Shown: positions 39,421 to 49,476, counted from the stretch's first letter. The stretch: 64,000 nucleotides of DNA from an uncultured delta proteobacterium (GCA_963772835.1 CAVYYZ010000002.1:384001-448000), one strand, 5' to 3'. A program made the numbers and translations. Notes: generated by a model not told the origin, from the letters alone.

Positions 39421-41337
39421 ATGCCTCAATTGATCATCGACACCATACCTCTGAACGTACCCGAGGGTACAAATGTGCTGGAGGCAGCCCGCAGTATCGG
39501 CATAACTATCCCGCATTTCTGCTGGCACCCCGCTCTCGGCAAGGCCGGTGCCTGTCGGGCCTGTGCCGTCAAAATACTGGAGGGACCGGCCAAAGGGATC
39601 CAGATGTCATGCATGTTGCCGGCCCAGGATGGTATGGTTGTTTCGACGACAGACAGTGAAGCCGTTGACCTGCGGAGGTCTGTGATCGAATGGCTGATGA
39701 TCAACCACCCCCACGACTGTCCGGTCTGTGACGAGGGAGGAGAATGCCAGCTGCAGGATTTCACTATTGCCGGTGGTCATGGTATCAGGCGTTATGACGG
39801 TCCGAAACGCACGCACGTTAATCAGTATCTCGGTGAACAGATTGAACATGAAATGAACCGCTGTATTCAATGCTACCGTTGCGTCCGCTTCTATCAGGAA
39901 TATGCCGGCGGTACCGACTTCGGAGTTACCGGCCGGGCAGGCGGCGTCTATTTTGGAAGGCAGAAGGAAGGCCCCCTGGAATCACCCTTTTCCGGGAATC
40001 TGGTCGATATCTGCCCGACCGGGGTTTTCACCGACAAGACGGCACGTTTCCGTGCCCGCTACTGGGACTACGATATGGCACCATCCATCTGCCCCGGGTG
40101 CTCTCTTGGCTGCAATACCGTCCCCATGGCCCGCTACCGCGAACTGCTCAAGACCACCGCCCGACGTAACGATGCGGTTAATGGCTGGTTTATCTGTGAC
40201 CGGGGCCGTTTCTCGAATGCCGCCGTCAACGCTCAGGACCGTCCTCGACAGACACTGGTGGATGGTGATGCGGGAAGCTTGACTGCCGCACTTGACACCC
40301 TGACAGAACGAATAATCGAGTTTATCCGATCGTATGGCCCCGAAGCGTTGGCCATAGTCGGCTCCACCCGCATGTCTCAGGAAGCGGCAATCCTGACCTC
40401 CCGCTTGCGGGAGATAACCGGTTCAGGGACTCTCTGCTATTCCGGATGGTCAGCACGTTCAACGGTAACAGCTGAAGCGATCTCCCTGCTGAACGGTGAG
40501 AATACCGCTTCACAAGAAGATGTCCGACAGGCAGATCTGGTCGTTGTGCTGGAGTGCGAGCTGCTGAGTGAAGCTCCCATGATGGCAATGGCAGTTCGTC
40601 AGGCCTGGCGAACCGGAGCAAAGGTGTATCAGGTGGGAAGTGGACACCCCCGGCAAGACTCTATTCACCACCTGTATGAGGCGGTGACCGTCAACTCACT
40701 GGCTGACGTTCCGTTGGAAAATGCGCGTGCACCGGTAGTGATCTGCGGAGCAGACAGGAAGGCGCTGGACAGCATCTTGACAGCAGACCTGAAAGGGGTG
40801 AAGCTCGCATTCGTCCTGGAAGGTCCCAATGCCTACGGCTGCGCGCTGCTGACCGTCGGGCAGGGAGCGAAATCGTTCTCCGAAGCATCGGCCGATGGCA
40901 GAATAAAAGGTATCATAGCGCTTGAGGCAGATCTGCCGGTAGATCTGCCTCAAGAAATCCGGGTGCTGGCTGCGGCCGACTGGATGCCGACACCCCTGCT
41001 TATGCGTGCGGAAGTGTTCCTGCCGGTCACCTCCTGGGTAGAGATGGATGGCACATATATTAACAATGAAGGGCGCGCCCAGCATTTCAAACGGGTAATG
41101 CAGCCGGGTTTGCCTATCACGGGGAACTCACCGGAACTTCACCCGCCACGGATACATCGCCATAACGCACCGGGCGGGGAGATGCTTCCGACATGGGTGA
41201 TTGTTTCGGAACTGCTGAAGCGGCTCGGGGATGAGCAGACTGAAGAATTCCCGTATCCCGGGAAATGGAAGAAGCTCGACTCGCTTGACCCGGAAAGCAA
41301 CGGAATTATGATGTACGAAGGGGACCATAAACCATGA
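39421..41337 (+). CDS. nuoG: NuoG-like Fe-S subunit
   Basis: PHFCWH, CRAC, HPHDCPVCDEGGECQLQ, CIQCYRC and CPGCSLGC. Confidence 0.92.
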   Translation: MPQLIIDTIPLNVPEGTNVLEAARSIGITIPHFCWHPALGKAGACRACAVKILEGPAKGIQMSCMLPAQDGMVVSTTDSEAVDLRRSVIEWLMINHPHDCPVCDEGGECQLQDFTIAGGHGIRRYDGPKRTHVNQYLGEQIEHEMNRCIQCYRCVRFYQEYAGGTDFGVTGRAGGVYFGRQKEGPLESPFSGNLVDICPTGVFTDKTARFRARYWDYDMAPSICPGCSLGCNTVPMARYRELLKTTARRNDAVNGWFICDRGRFSNAAVNAQDRPRQTLVDGDAGSLTAALDTLTERIIEFIRSYGPEALAIVGSTRMSQEAAILTSRLREITGSGTLCYSGWSARSTVTAEAISLLNGENTASQEDVRQADLVVVLECELLSEAPMMAMAVRQAWRTGAKVYQVGSGHPRQDSIHHLYEAVTVNSLADVPLENARAPVVICGADRKALDSILTADLKGVKLAFVLEGPNAYGCALLTVGQGAKSFSEASADGRIKGIIALEADLPVDLPQEIRVLAAADWMPTPLLMRAEVFLPVTSWVEMDGTYINNEGRAQHFKRVMQPGLPITGNSPELHPPRIHRHNAPGGEMLPTWVIVSELLKRLGDEQTEEFPYPGKWKKLDSLDPESNGIMMYEGDHKP

Positions 41338-41717
41338 TAACTGCAATTCTGATGATGGCACACGGCAGCCGCATTTCCGAAGCAAACGACGCGGCGCGGG
41401 AGGTTGCCACAATGGTGCAGGAGATAACCGGATTTGAAATCGTTGAGGTTTCATTCCGAGAGCTGCATGAACCGAACATACAGCAGGGAATAGACAACTG
41501 CGTAGCACGTGGTGCGCAGCGAATCCTGCTGATGCCTTATTTTCTCTTTATGGGCGCTCATGTCCAGCATGACCTGCCGGAAGAGGTTGCAGAGGCAAAG
41601 AAACGTCACCCCGGACTGATCATGGAGATGGGCGGTCACTTGGGAGCACACCGCAAACTTGCGGAGATCGAAGCCGAACGAATTGGCGAATCACTTGATA
41701 AACTGAGGTGGCACTGA
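41334..41717 (+). CDS. cbiX: sirohydrochlorin cobaltochelatase (short CbiX/SirB type)
   Basis: AHGSR and PYFLFMGAHV..D.P. Confidence 0.88.
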   Translation: MITAILMMAHGSRISEANDAAREVATMVQEITGFEIVEVSFRELHEPNIQQGIDNCVARGAQRILLMPYFLFMGAHVQHDLPEEVAEAKKRHPGLIMEMGGHLGAHRKLAEIEAERIGESLDKLRWH

Positions 41718-42352
41718 TGGATTCACTGAAGATGAAACCGGTAGAAATTGAAAAGGAATCATTCCGTATTATTGACGACGAGGCAGGAGATCATGGCTGG
41801 TCCGGGGATGAGTGGCAGATAGTACGTCGTGCAATCCATACCAGCGCCGACTTCGAATATGCCCAATCAATGGTGCTCTCAGAGGACGTCGTTGAAAAGG
41901 CGATCTCAGCCTTTAAAAGCGGCGCCGGCATTGTTACCGACACGAACATGGCACTTTCCGGAATCAGTAAACCACGCCTGGCACATCTGGGCTGCCGGGT
42001 TACCTGCCACGTAGCAGATCAGGATGTTGCCGAGCTGGCTAAAGCCGGAAATATCACCCGCTCAACCACCGCCATGCGCAAGGCGGTGGCCAACCCGGAT
42101 AATAGTATTTTTGTGATCGGAAATGCCCCGACGGCACTGTTTGAACTGCTCCGCCTGATTGAAACCGGTGCCGCCAAACCGGCTCTTATCATCGGCCTGC
42201 CGGTCGGTTTTGTTGGTGCAGAGGAAAGTAAAAATGCTCTGGCCTCGGGCACCCATGACATCCCGTTCATCACCAACATCGGCCGCAAAGGGGGCTCCAA
42301 TGTTGCAGCCGCTGTGGTGAATGCGCTTGCCATCCTGGCATCGCCCGCCTGA
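41717..42352 (+). CDS. cbiC: precorrin-8X methylmutase
   Basis: IEKESFRII, RAIHTSADF, IGNAPTAL, PVGFVGA and GRKGGS. Confidence 0.94.
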   Translation: MDSLKMKPVEIEKESFRIIDDEAGDHGWSGDEWQIVRRAIHTSADFEYAQSMVLSEDVVEKAISAFKSGAGIVTDTNMALSGISKPRLAHLGCRVTCHVADQDVAELAKAGNITRSTTAMRKAVANPDNSIFVIGNAPTALFELLRLIETGAAKPALIIGLPVGFVGAEESKNALASGTHDIPFITNIGRKGGSNVAAAVVNALAILASPA

Positions 42353-42364
42353 TGAAATAATGCC

Positions 42365-43273
42365 ATGACCAATATCATCCTACTGGCGATCTGTCTCCTG
42401 GCAGGCATCGTACTCCGGAAAACGGGGCGTTTTCCCGCGACAACCCCCGCGGCACTGAACGGCTTTATTATTCATATATCGCTGCCGGCCCTGACAATCC
42501 TGCATATCCACAATCTCGCGATGGATTCATCATTGCTGCTTACAGCCGGCATGGCCTGGCTGCTGTTCGGTACCGCCTGGGTGATTTTCGGGTTCGCCGG
42601 AAAGTTCTTCAAGCTGGACAGAGGTACGACCGGTGCACTGATACTGGTCGCCGGTCTGGGCAATACATCTTTTGTCGGCCTGCCGATGATTGAAGCGTAT
42701 TTCAGTAAAGAGTATCTGGGAGTCGGCATTATCGCCGATCAGCTTGGTTCCTTCATGGTGCTCTCGACGCTCGGTATTCTGGTTGCGTCACTCTATTCTT
42801 CCGGTGAGGCGACCCCTCGCCAGATGGTTCTCAAGGTCCTGCTTTTTCCACCCTTTCAGGCGTTGATCCTGGCACTGCTGCTGCGACCGGTTCCATTTCC
42901 GGAGTGGAGTGTTCAGATACTGCAAAAACTCGGCAGCACCCTAACTCCGCTTGCTCTGGTTTCAGTCGGTTTCCAACTGCAGTTCTTCGGCATTCGGCAG
43001 GAATTGAAGCCGCTTGCAGCAGGACTCACCTATAAACTGCTGTTTGGTCCGGCACTCATCTTTCTGCTCTACAGCTCAATGCTCGGAGCATCGGGAACCG
43101 TGGTCCAGGTAACAATCTTTGAAGCGGCGATGGCTCCAATGATTACAGCCGGTATTATCGCCATCGACCATGACCTCCGCCCGCAACTGGTCGGCATGCT
43201 GGTCGGCATCGGCATCCCGCTGTCATTTATCACACTGTATGCCTGGCATATGTTTCTGATGAGAATGGTATGA
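42365..43273 (+). CDS. AEC-family transporter
   Basis: About 10 TMs, with SLPAL, GNTSFVGLP and EAAMAP. Confidence 0.9.
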   Translation: MTNIILLAICLLAGIVLRKTGRFPATTPAALNGFIIHISLPALTILHIHNLAMDSSLLLTAGMAWLLFGTAWVIFGFAGKFFKLDRGTTGALILVAGLGNTSFVGLPMIEAYFSKEYLGVGIIADQLGSFMVLSTLGILVASLYSSGEATPRQMVLKVLLFPPFQALILALLLRPVPFPEWSVQILQKLGSTLTPLALVSVGFQLQFFGIRQELKPLAAGLTYKLLFGPALIFLLYSSMLGASGTVVQVTIFEAAMAPMITAGIIAIDHDLRPQLVGMLVGIGIPLSFITLYAWHMFLMRMV

Positions 43274-44355
43274 AGAAAAAACTTCGCACGGGATTTACCA
43301 CCGGAACCTGCGCGGCCGCTGCAGCCAAAGGGGCGGTTTTGATGCTTGTACGGCAGGCGTCAGCCTCCGAGGTCATAATTGATCTTCCGGCAGGAGTCAG
43401 TGCCACTTTCCAACTGCATGGCCAGTCATTTTCGGTGAACGAGGCGGCCTGTCATGTCGTTAAGGATGCCGGTGATGACCCGGATGTTACCAACGGGGCT
43501 GAAGTGCATGCGCTGGCAACGGTGACACCGGCCGGCTCCTCCCGGGGGAGCGGGTGTAACATACTTATCACCGGAGGCATCGGCATCGGTAAAGTTACCA
43601 AGCCGGGACTTGCAATGCCGCCGGGGGAATGGGCCATCAATCCTGTCCCACGCCGTATGATCACTGAAGCGGTCGAAGCTGTTCTGCATGAATTCAACAT
43701 TCAACATTCAACATTCAACATTGAAGTTTCCATCCCCGATGGTGAAGAGCGCGCTAAAAAGACCCTCAACACGCGACTGGGTATTATCGGCGGGCTTTCG
43801 ATCCTCGGCACTACCGGCATCGTACGCCCCATATCGGCCAAAGCCTGGACGGACACGATTGACGCCTCCCTAGACGTTGCAAAAGCGTGCGGCTGTGGAA
43901 CAGTTGTCCTCTCAACCGGCCGGAGCAGCGAGATGGCGGCACAGAAGCATCTTTCACCTCTTCCCGAAGAGGCTTATATCATGATGGGAGATCACGTGGC
44001 GTATGCTCTTCAAGCCTGCCGAAAGCGCGGCTTTAACAGCCCGATCATCGCCTGCCAGTTTGCGAAGCTGCTCAAAATCGCCTGCGGCTACGAAAACACC
44101 CACGCCGCAGCCTCAGAGCTTGATCTTGCCGTATTGCTCGGATGGGCGGAAGAAGCAAAGGTATCCTCAGAATATCTGTCGATTATTTCGCACGCTAATA
44201 CCGCCCGGGAAATTGCTGTTGCAACCGGTTTTGACCGAGGCATCATGGGACTTGTGGCAGATCGGACAAGAGAAGCCGCAGCAGTACATGCGCCCGGAAT
44301 GCTCGCACGTCCACTGCTCTGCGGATATGATGGAGCGGTTGAATTGAGTATTTAA
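43270..44355 (+). CDS. cbiD: cobalt-precorrin-5B C1-methyltransferase
   Basis: LRTGFTTGTCAAAAAK, KDAGDDPDVT and GGLSILGTTGIV.P.S. Confidence 0.95.
   Translation: MKKKLRTGFTTGTCAAAAAKGAVLMLVRQASASEVIIDLPAGVSATFQLHGQSFSVNEAACHVVKDAGDDPDVTNGAEVHALATVTPAGSSRGSGCNILITGGIGIGKVTKPGLAMPPGEWAINPVPRRMITEAVEAVLHEFNIQHSTFNIEVSIPDGEERAKKTLNTRLGIIGGLSILGTTGIVRPISAKAWTDTIDASLDVAKACGCGTVVLSTGRSSEMAAQKHLSPLPEEAYIMMGDHVAYALQACRKRGFNSPIIACQFAKLLKIACGYENTHAAASELDLAVLLGWAEEAKVSSEYLSIISHANTAREIAVATGFDRGIMGLVADRTREAAAVHAPGMLARPLLCGYDGAVELSI
43692..43722 (+). repeat. heptamer tandem repeat (ATTCAAC)4 inside cbiD
   Basis: Four exact units plus ATT, read as FNIQHSTFNI. Confidence 0.95.
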
Positions 44356-44430
44356 AATTGTTTTTTCTGAGAACTGGACTATCATATCAAACCGTACCCT
44401 ATTATTCTGTACATCCAAAGGAGCCCACCC

Positions 44431-44799
44431 ATGAAAAAAACCCTCATCAGTCTGTTCGTAGCAAGCCTGCTATTGGTCGCTGTTGTCGCCTTCGCTGACA
44501 AGAACCTGCCGGTCTACAAAAAAGGAGATACGGTCTACGTCTGCACCTGCGGTGATAGCTGCAACTGCAAAACTATGGCTAATAAAGAGGGAAAATGCGG
44601 TTGCGGTGTCGATCTCGGTAAAGGCACCGTAAGCAGTGTCAGTAAAGATAAAGTCGTTGTTAAAGTCGGCGATAAAAATCTTAACTTCCCGGTAAAAGCC
44701 AAGTACGCCTGCGGCTGCGGAGATGGTTGTAACTGTGGTACTGTCAGCCAGACACCTGGTAAATGCGGCTGTGGTACTGAGATGAAAAAAGTCAATTAG
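44431..44799 (+). CDS. exported Cys-rich metal-binding protein (two six-Cys repeats)
   Basis: Signal peptide, YVCTCGDSCNC...GKCGCG and YACGCGDGCNC...GKCGCG. RBS AAGGAG. Confidence 0.85.
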   Translation: MKKTLISLFVASLLLVAVVAFADKNLPVYKKGDTVYVCTCGDSCNCKTMANKEGKCGCGVDLGKGTVSSVSKDKVVVKVGDKNLNFPVKAKYACGCGDGCNCGTVSQTPGKCGCGTEMKKVN

Positions 44800-44824
44800 G
44801 CAGGAAACCACCCCCTGTTTTTTT

Positions 44825-44860
44825 GCTTGAAAGGCGGTAATATTCCGCCTTTCAAGCTTT
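44825..44860 (+). terminator. terminator-like hairpin
   Basis: 13-bp perfect stem GCTTGAAAGGCGG/CCGCCTTTCAAGC. Confidence 0.65.
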
Positions 44861-44990
44861 AGCCATATCCGATTGTTATACTTGACATCTCTGGTGGATA
44901 ATGGATAATGGATAGTGTGTGAGAGAATCCCAATACGGAATACTATCACACATCCAGCAGCGTGAGAAACGGAACATTTTCAGGAGTGGC

Positions 44991-45581
44991 ATGAGAAAAT
45001 CTCATCGCTATATGGCTTCACTGCTTATGACGACGATCTACCTGCTGATCGTTTTCACGCCTCTGGCACCACTTGCCATGCAATCGAAGATAGTTGCCCA
45101 TGCCGTTACCGGGGAGTGCTCGGGGGACTGCAAGGTGGACGGTTGCTCGTTGGAGCGGAGTGCTGCACATACCTGCTGCTGCTGGCAGAAAAAAAACCAC
45201 GCCGCCGCTGATAACCTTTTTCATGCTGATTCAGATGTCCGCTGCATACCGCCTGCACCGATGGTAGAAGCACCTAAAATGCGGGCCGGCTGTTGTGATG
45301 CTCCGGCCCAGGGCTCACTTAAAAAGAGCGGATCAGCGCACACCGCGACCCCCCTTCCAACTCAAAAAACAAAGAAGCATTCTGTGGGCAATGCTCCCTG
45401 CGGAAACGGCACGTTGTTTGCGGTATTATCCAGTGAAACCACCCAGCATCTGCCGTACGTCTTCACCGGGGACACTCCTTCTCCGGAGCAAAGCCCCCTC
45501 GTTGTTGTCGCTCCAGGACGTCTGACCTCCCGTTACATTGATCCTCCAGTTCCGCCTCCAATAATTTCATTCGCTTCCTGA
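44991..45581 (+). CDS. Cys-rich membrane-targeted protein with polyproline C-terminus
   Basis: RBS AGGAG, N-terminal hydrophobic segment, 10 Cys, ending RYIDPPVPPPIISFAS. Confidence 0.75.
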   Translation: MRKSHRYMASLLMTTIYLLIVFTPLAPLAMQSKIVAHAVTGECSGDCKVDGCSLERSAAHTCCCWQKKNHAAADNLFHADSDVRCIPPAPMVEAPKMRAGCCDAPAQGSLKKSGSAHTATPLPTQKTKKHSVGNAPCGNGTLFAVLSSETTQHLPYVFTGDTPSPEQSPLVVVAPGRLTSRYIDPPVPPPIISFAS

Positions 45582-45778
45582 TTTAACGTATTCCTTCGCA
45601 TTTTCCAAGAGAACTCCTCCTGGTTACTGTTTTGTGCCTTACCGTTCAGAGCCGCGCTTAATCAGCGCCTGTGCTGTTCTGTACTGTGGCATATAAGCAG
45701 CGAAGGTCTCTACAGTTCTGCATGCGGTGCCGTTGAATTGCGCCGTCTGACACAACCCTCAATCAAGGAGACTTTTAT

Positions 45779-47395
45779 ATGAAGTTTACAGTATATACCC
45801 TTTCCAAAGCGGCAGTTATCGTCTGCCTCTCAATCATCTCATTCGGCTGCAGCAGTTCCGGTAACGATATCAGCAGCGTTACTCCTTCTACAACGACATC
45901 GGTATCAGGTGTAGTAATGGCCGGGCCGGCAAGCGGAACGTCTGTAACCGTAAAATCCGTATCCGGGGCAGTTGTTGCCGGGCCGGTTACAACCGGAGCC
46001 GGCGGATCATACAATATCGCCATCCCCACAACTTCTCTGGCATCAGACATGATATTTGAAGCCAGCGGCGGCACCTTCCCTGACGAGGCAACATCTGCCG
46101 CCGGGGTACCGCTCACGGTACTGACCGCCCGTACTGCAGCCGGCTCGCTGGCAAGCGGTTCAAATGTAACTATCGACCCTTCCAGCACAATCATACAGAA
46201 ACTGATGGCAGCCGGAAAGACACGAATTGAAGCAGAAACCGCATTTAGTACCGCCTTTGGTTATACGCCTGATTCATCTGTTAAACCCGCCTTTGCCTCA
46301 TTTTCCAGTGCCTCGACAACCACTCAGCGGCTGACAGGACTGAGGGCAGCCGCCTTCAGTCAGTTGACCAAAGACCTGGGTCTGACACCGGCCAAACAGT
46401 TCGAATTGATCCAGGCACTGTCAGACGATCTCTCGGATGGAGTACTGGACGGGTTCAAGGTCGGCGGATCGGCAGTCACTACGGCATCAGGTACAGCCAT
46501 TCCACCCGATATCGCCAACTGCTTTGCAAAGGCCTTGATGACATTTCAGACAAGCGCATTGAACAGATCCAAACTGACCCCTGACAAAATCGGCGCGGTA
46601 CCCTTTGCCAAAATGGCTTTGACTACAAGTTATACTGTAGAGTATGTGCCTGGCATGATGGCTGCTACACAAGGGAAAACGACCTTCAGGTTAAAGCTCA
46701 AGAACGCTGACGGGTCTGCTGCAACCGGTAAGGCTGTCACCTTAATGCCAAAAATGTACATGGCAAGCATGTCTCATTCAGCTCCCGTCGATTCTGCCGT
46801 GGAATCAGCTACTCCCGGCACCTATGATTGTGCCGTTTATTACCTGATGGCATCGGGACCGGGCATGGGCATCTGGGAACTGAAAGTGATGATCGGCATG
46901 GAGACTGCGACATTCTATCCGCCTGTCGCCATGGCCATGGGCACAACAAACCGGACTACACTCAAGGGCGTAACAGATGTAATCGGTACTATGACTGGCA
47001 TGGGAACCTCAAAACGCACCTATTATCTCTTCAATGACAGCTCGACCTTCGGCATGAGCAGCACCTTCAGACTGTTCATAGCCGCAGCCGATGACAGCAT
47101 GATGATGCAGTTCCCGGCTGTTTCTATCGGCAGTACACTTCATAACGAGATGAACATTGCAAGGACGGTAGCAAGCATGACCGTTGATGCCTCCACGGAT
47201 AATGGCTCCACATGGAGCTCGCTGATCGACAACAGCGGAGGACACTGGTCCGTTTCAGGACTGACCGGGCTTGCGGCGGGAGGCACGGTCAAGGTACGGG
47301 TAACAATAGACAGCGAACAAAAAACGACTGACGGGCTTGCAGCCGCTGCCGGTACAAACGATTTCGCGACATTTACCGTTGTCGCAGGAATGTAA
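45779..47395 (+). CDS. Met-rich lipoprotein with YtkA-like C-terminal domain
   Basis: Lipobox SFGC, MPKMYMASMSHSAP, YYLMASGPGMGIWEL and SMMMQFP. Confidence 0.82.
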   Translation: MKFTVYTLSKAAVIVCLSIISFGCSSSGNDISSVTPSTTTSVSGVVMAGPASGTSVTVKSVSGAVVAGPVTTGAGGSYNIAIPTTSLASDMIFEASGGTFPDEATSAAGVPLTVLTARTAAGSLASGSNVTIDPSSTIIQKLMAAGKTRIEAETAFSTAFGYTPDSSVKPAFASFSSASTTTQRLTGLRAAAFSQLTKDLGLTPAKQFELIQALSDDLSDGVLDGFKVGGSAVTTASGTAIPPDIANCFAKALMTFQTSALNRSKLTPDKIGAVPFAKMALTTSYTVEYVPGMMAATQGKTTFRLKLKNADGSAATGKAVTLMPKMYMASMSHSAPVDSAVESATPGTYDCAVYYLMASGPGMGIWELKVMIGMETATFYPPVAMAMGTTNRTTLKGVTDVIGTMTGMGTSKRTYYLFNDSSTFGMSSTFRLFIAAADDSMMMQFPAVSIGSTLHNEMNIARTVASMTVDASTDNGSTWSSLIDNSGGHWSVSGLTGLAAGGTVKVRVTIDSEQKTTDGLAAAAGTNDFATFTVVAGM

Positions 47396-47396
47396 C

Positions 47397-48383
47397 ATGC
47401 CGATGAGACAACCAACCTTTCCACTTTTCGCAGCAGCCCTCCTGTGGGGGGCTGCCTTATTCTCACCCATCGATTCCACAGCCGCGTCGTGCTGTGGCGG
47501 AGGTTCAGCCGCTTCGTTGAGCGTACCAAAATATGCGACTTTCATTGCCGACCTCTCCTTTGATTCGGAGTTTTACGACGGTTACTGGAACCAGAGCAGA
47601 AAGCATATTGCCGATCCTCCCGGTTCCAACTTGAATCAGTACCGTGTAAACATGGGGATGGGCTACCGCTTTGCAAAAGATTGGCAGACAAGCATAGTGC
47701 TGCCGTACGTATGGAATGACAACAGTTATTCAGGAGTTTCTTCTCAAACCAACGGGATGGGTGATACAACTTTCTCCCTGACATACGAATTGCTTGATGA
47801 CAACACCGCTTGGAAAGTTCGTGATATCGGCGATATGATCCCGGGAATATCGCTCGGGCTGTCCTTGCTGGCTCCTACCGGGATATCACCGTATGACAAT
47901 CAGCAGAGTAGTTTTGACATCACCGGGCGGGGGTTTTACCGGCTGGACGGAAACCTGCTGATTGAAAAGACGATCCGCCCATGGAATGTTTCGCTGGCCC
48001 TTGGCTACGGCACCTACTTTGAACGTTCCATCAATCGTGAATATGGAAAATATGTGGAACCATACAAAAAGGACTTAGGCGATCGATTTTCTGCATCCCT
48101 TTCCACCGGCTATACCTTCGTTCTTGGAACCGGAGGTGACAGCATTACCACAACTGTCTCCTACGCCTACCTGAATGAGGGGAATGCCAGTTACAACGGG
48201 TTGGCCGACAGTGGCAGCGGTTTTGACAAACAGTCTCTGGGTGCAGCAGTTGCGTATTCAAATAATGATGACAACTGGAGTCTCAGGGCCGGATGGAACC
48301 ATGCCATCAAGCAGAACGGCTGGGGGCGGAACTTTCCCACCACCGATGTGATCTCCGTGGGGGTGCGCTATGTATTCCTTTAA
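47397..48383 (+). CDS. outer-membrane beta-barrel (MetA-pathway/transporter-like) with N-terminal SCC
   Basis: Signal peptide then ASCCGGG, GMGD, APTG and GRGFY. C-terminal VGVRYVFL. Confidence 0.78.
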   Translation: MPMRQPTFPLFAAALLWGAALFSPIDSTAASCCGGGSAASLSVPKYATFIADLSFDSEFYDGYWNQSRKHIADPPGSNLNQYRVNMGMGYRFAKDWQTSIVLPYVWNDNSYSGVSSQTNGMGDTTFSLTYELLDDNTAWKVRDIGDMIPGISLGLSLLAPTGISPYDNQQSSFDITGRGFYRLDGNLLIEKTIRPWNVSLALGYGTYFERSINREYGKYVEPYKKDLGDRFSASLSTGYTFVLGTGGDSITTTVSYAYLNEGNASYNGLADSGSGFDKQSLGAAVAYSNNDDNWSLRAGWNHAIKQNGWGRNFPTTDVISVGVRYVFL

Positions 48384-48912
48384 AATAACCGGGCTTCTAG
48401 TACTCATCGTTTGTATGACCGCCTGCGGCGATAACCTGTTCCCTTCGGGTACGGACAAACGCCCAACGATTCAGACTGACAGCAGTGGCGGTAGCGTCAG
48501 CCAGAAAGCACCGGATTTTTCGGTTTCAGACATCAGCGGCATGACTGTTACTCTGGCTTCGTCCATATCCGGAAAGAAAGGTGCGGTCTTTTACTTCACC
48601 ATGTGGTGTCCTGTGTGCGACAGCCACATGAACAACATGCGTACTTCGACTACTCCGTTGTTTCCTGACGTCAATTTTTTTCTGGTTGATTACCTCACCG
48701 GCAGCGTTGCCGGAGCCGCAAGTTCAGCCTCTGCAAACGGGTACACAGGAGGTGTATTCACCACGCTGGCGGATACAAACCAGACCTTGACCAACATCTT
48801 CCAGGGAACCATGGGAACAACCGTGGTAGTCGACAGCACCGGAATCGTCAGAATGAATGAGGACTACCGGGATGGCGCCAAACTTCGCACTGTCCTTACT
48901 GCTCTTCCGTAA
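48370..48912 (+). CDS. thioredoxin-fold (redoxin/TlpA-like) lipoprotein
   Basis: Lipobox MTAC, APDFSV and WCPVC. Confidence 0.85.
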   Translation: MYSFKITGLLVLIVCMTACGDNLFPSGTDKRPTIQTDSSGGSVSQKAPDFSVSDISGMTVTLASSISGKKGAVFYFTMWCPVCDSHMNNMRTSTTPLFPDVNFFLVDYLTGSVAGAASSASANGYTGGVFTTLADTNQTLTNIFQGTMGTTVVVDSTGIVRMNEDYRDGAKLRTVLTALP

Positions 48913-48939
48913 TGATCAATTGAAATTCAAGGAGACTGT

Positions 48940-49407
48940 ATGAAACAAAGAATATTTCTGGTCTTTTCTGCGGTGACTCTGTTACTGACTCTCTCGGCAT
49001 TATCAGCCTATTCAGAGACAGACATAGTCCAACACCGCGACTGCTCTCAGTGCGGTATGGATCGCAAGGCGTACGGCTACAGCAGAATGCTGGTGGTATA
49101 TAAAGACGGTACTCAGTCGGGAACATGTTCTCTGCACTGTACAGTTACCGAATTGAGCAGCAGGAAAAACGGGGAGATAATCACGTTTAAGGTCGCCGAT
49201 CGCGACACACGGCAACTGATTGATGCAGAAAAGGCGTTCTGGACCATTGGCGGGAAAAAACGGGGGGTCATGACAATGCGGGCGAAATGGGCCTTTAGCA
49301 CTCGGGAAGCGGCTCAGCATTTTGTCGACATGTACGGCGGCAGATTAGCAACCTGGGGTGAAGCGTTAGCAGCATCACGGAATGATGCCGCACCAAAACC
49401 AAAATAA
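48940..49407 (+). CDS. NosL-family protein
   Basis: CSQCGMDR, CSLHC and GVM..RAKWAF. Confidence 0.85.
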   Translation: MKQRIFLVFSAVTLLLTLSALSAYSETDIVQHRDCSQCGMDRKAYGYSRMLVVYKDGTQSGTCSLHCTVTELSSRKNGEIITFKVADRDTRQLIDAEKAFWTIGGKKRGVMTMRAKWAFSTREAAQHFVDMYGGRLATWGEALAASRNDAAPKPK

Positions 49408-49476
49408 ATGTAGACGCCACGGGGATAAATCTGTTTAGGTAATGAACTCAATAAACCGGAAAAGGAGAAAAACACC

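Noticed and set aside
36326..41333. Cobalamin riboswitch upstream of the cbi genes
   Set aside because: No B12-box or suitable leader was seen. cbiX overlaps the nuoG stop.
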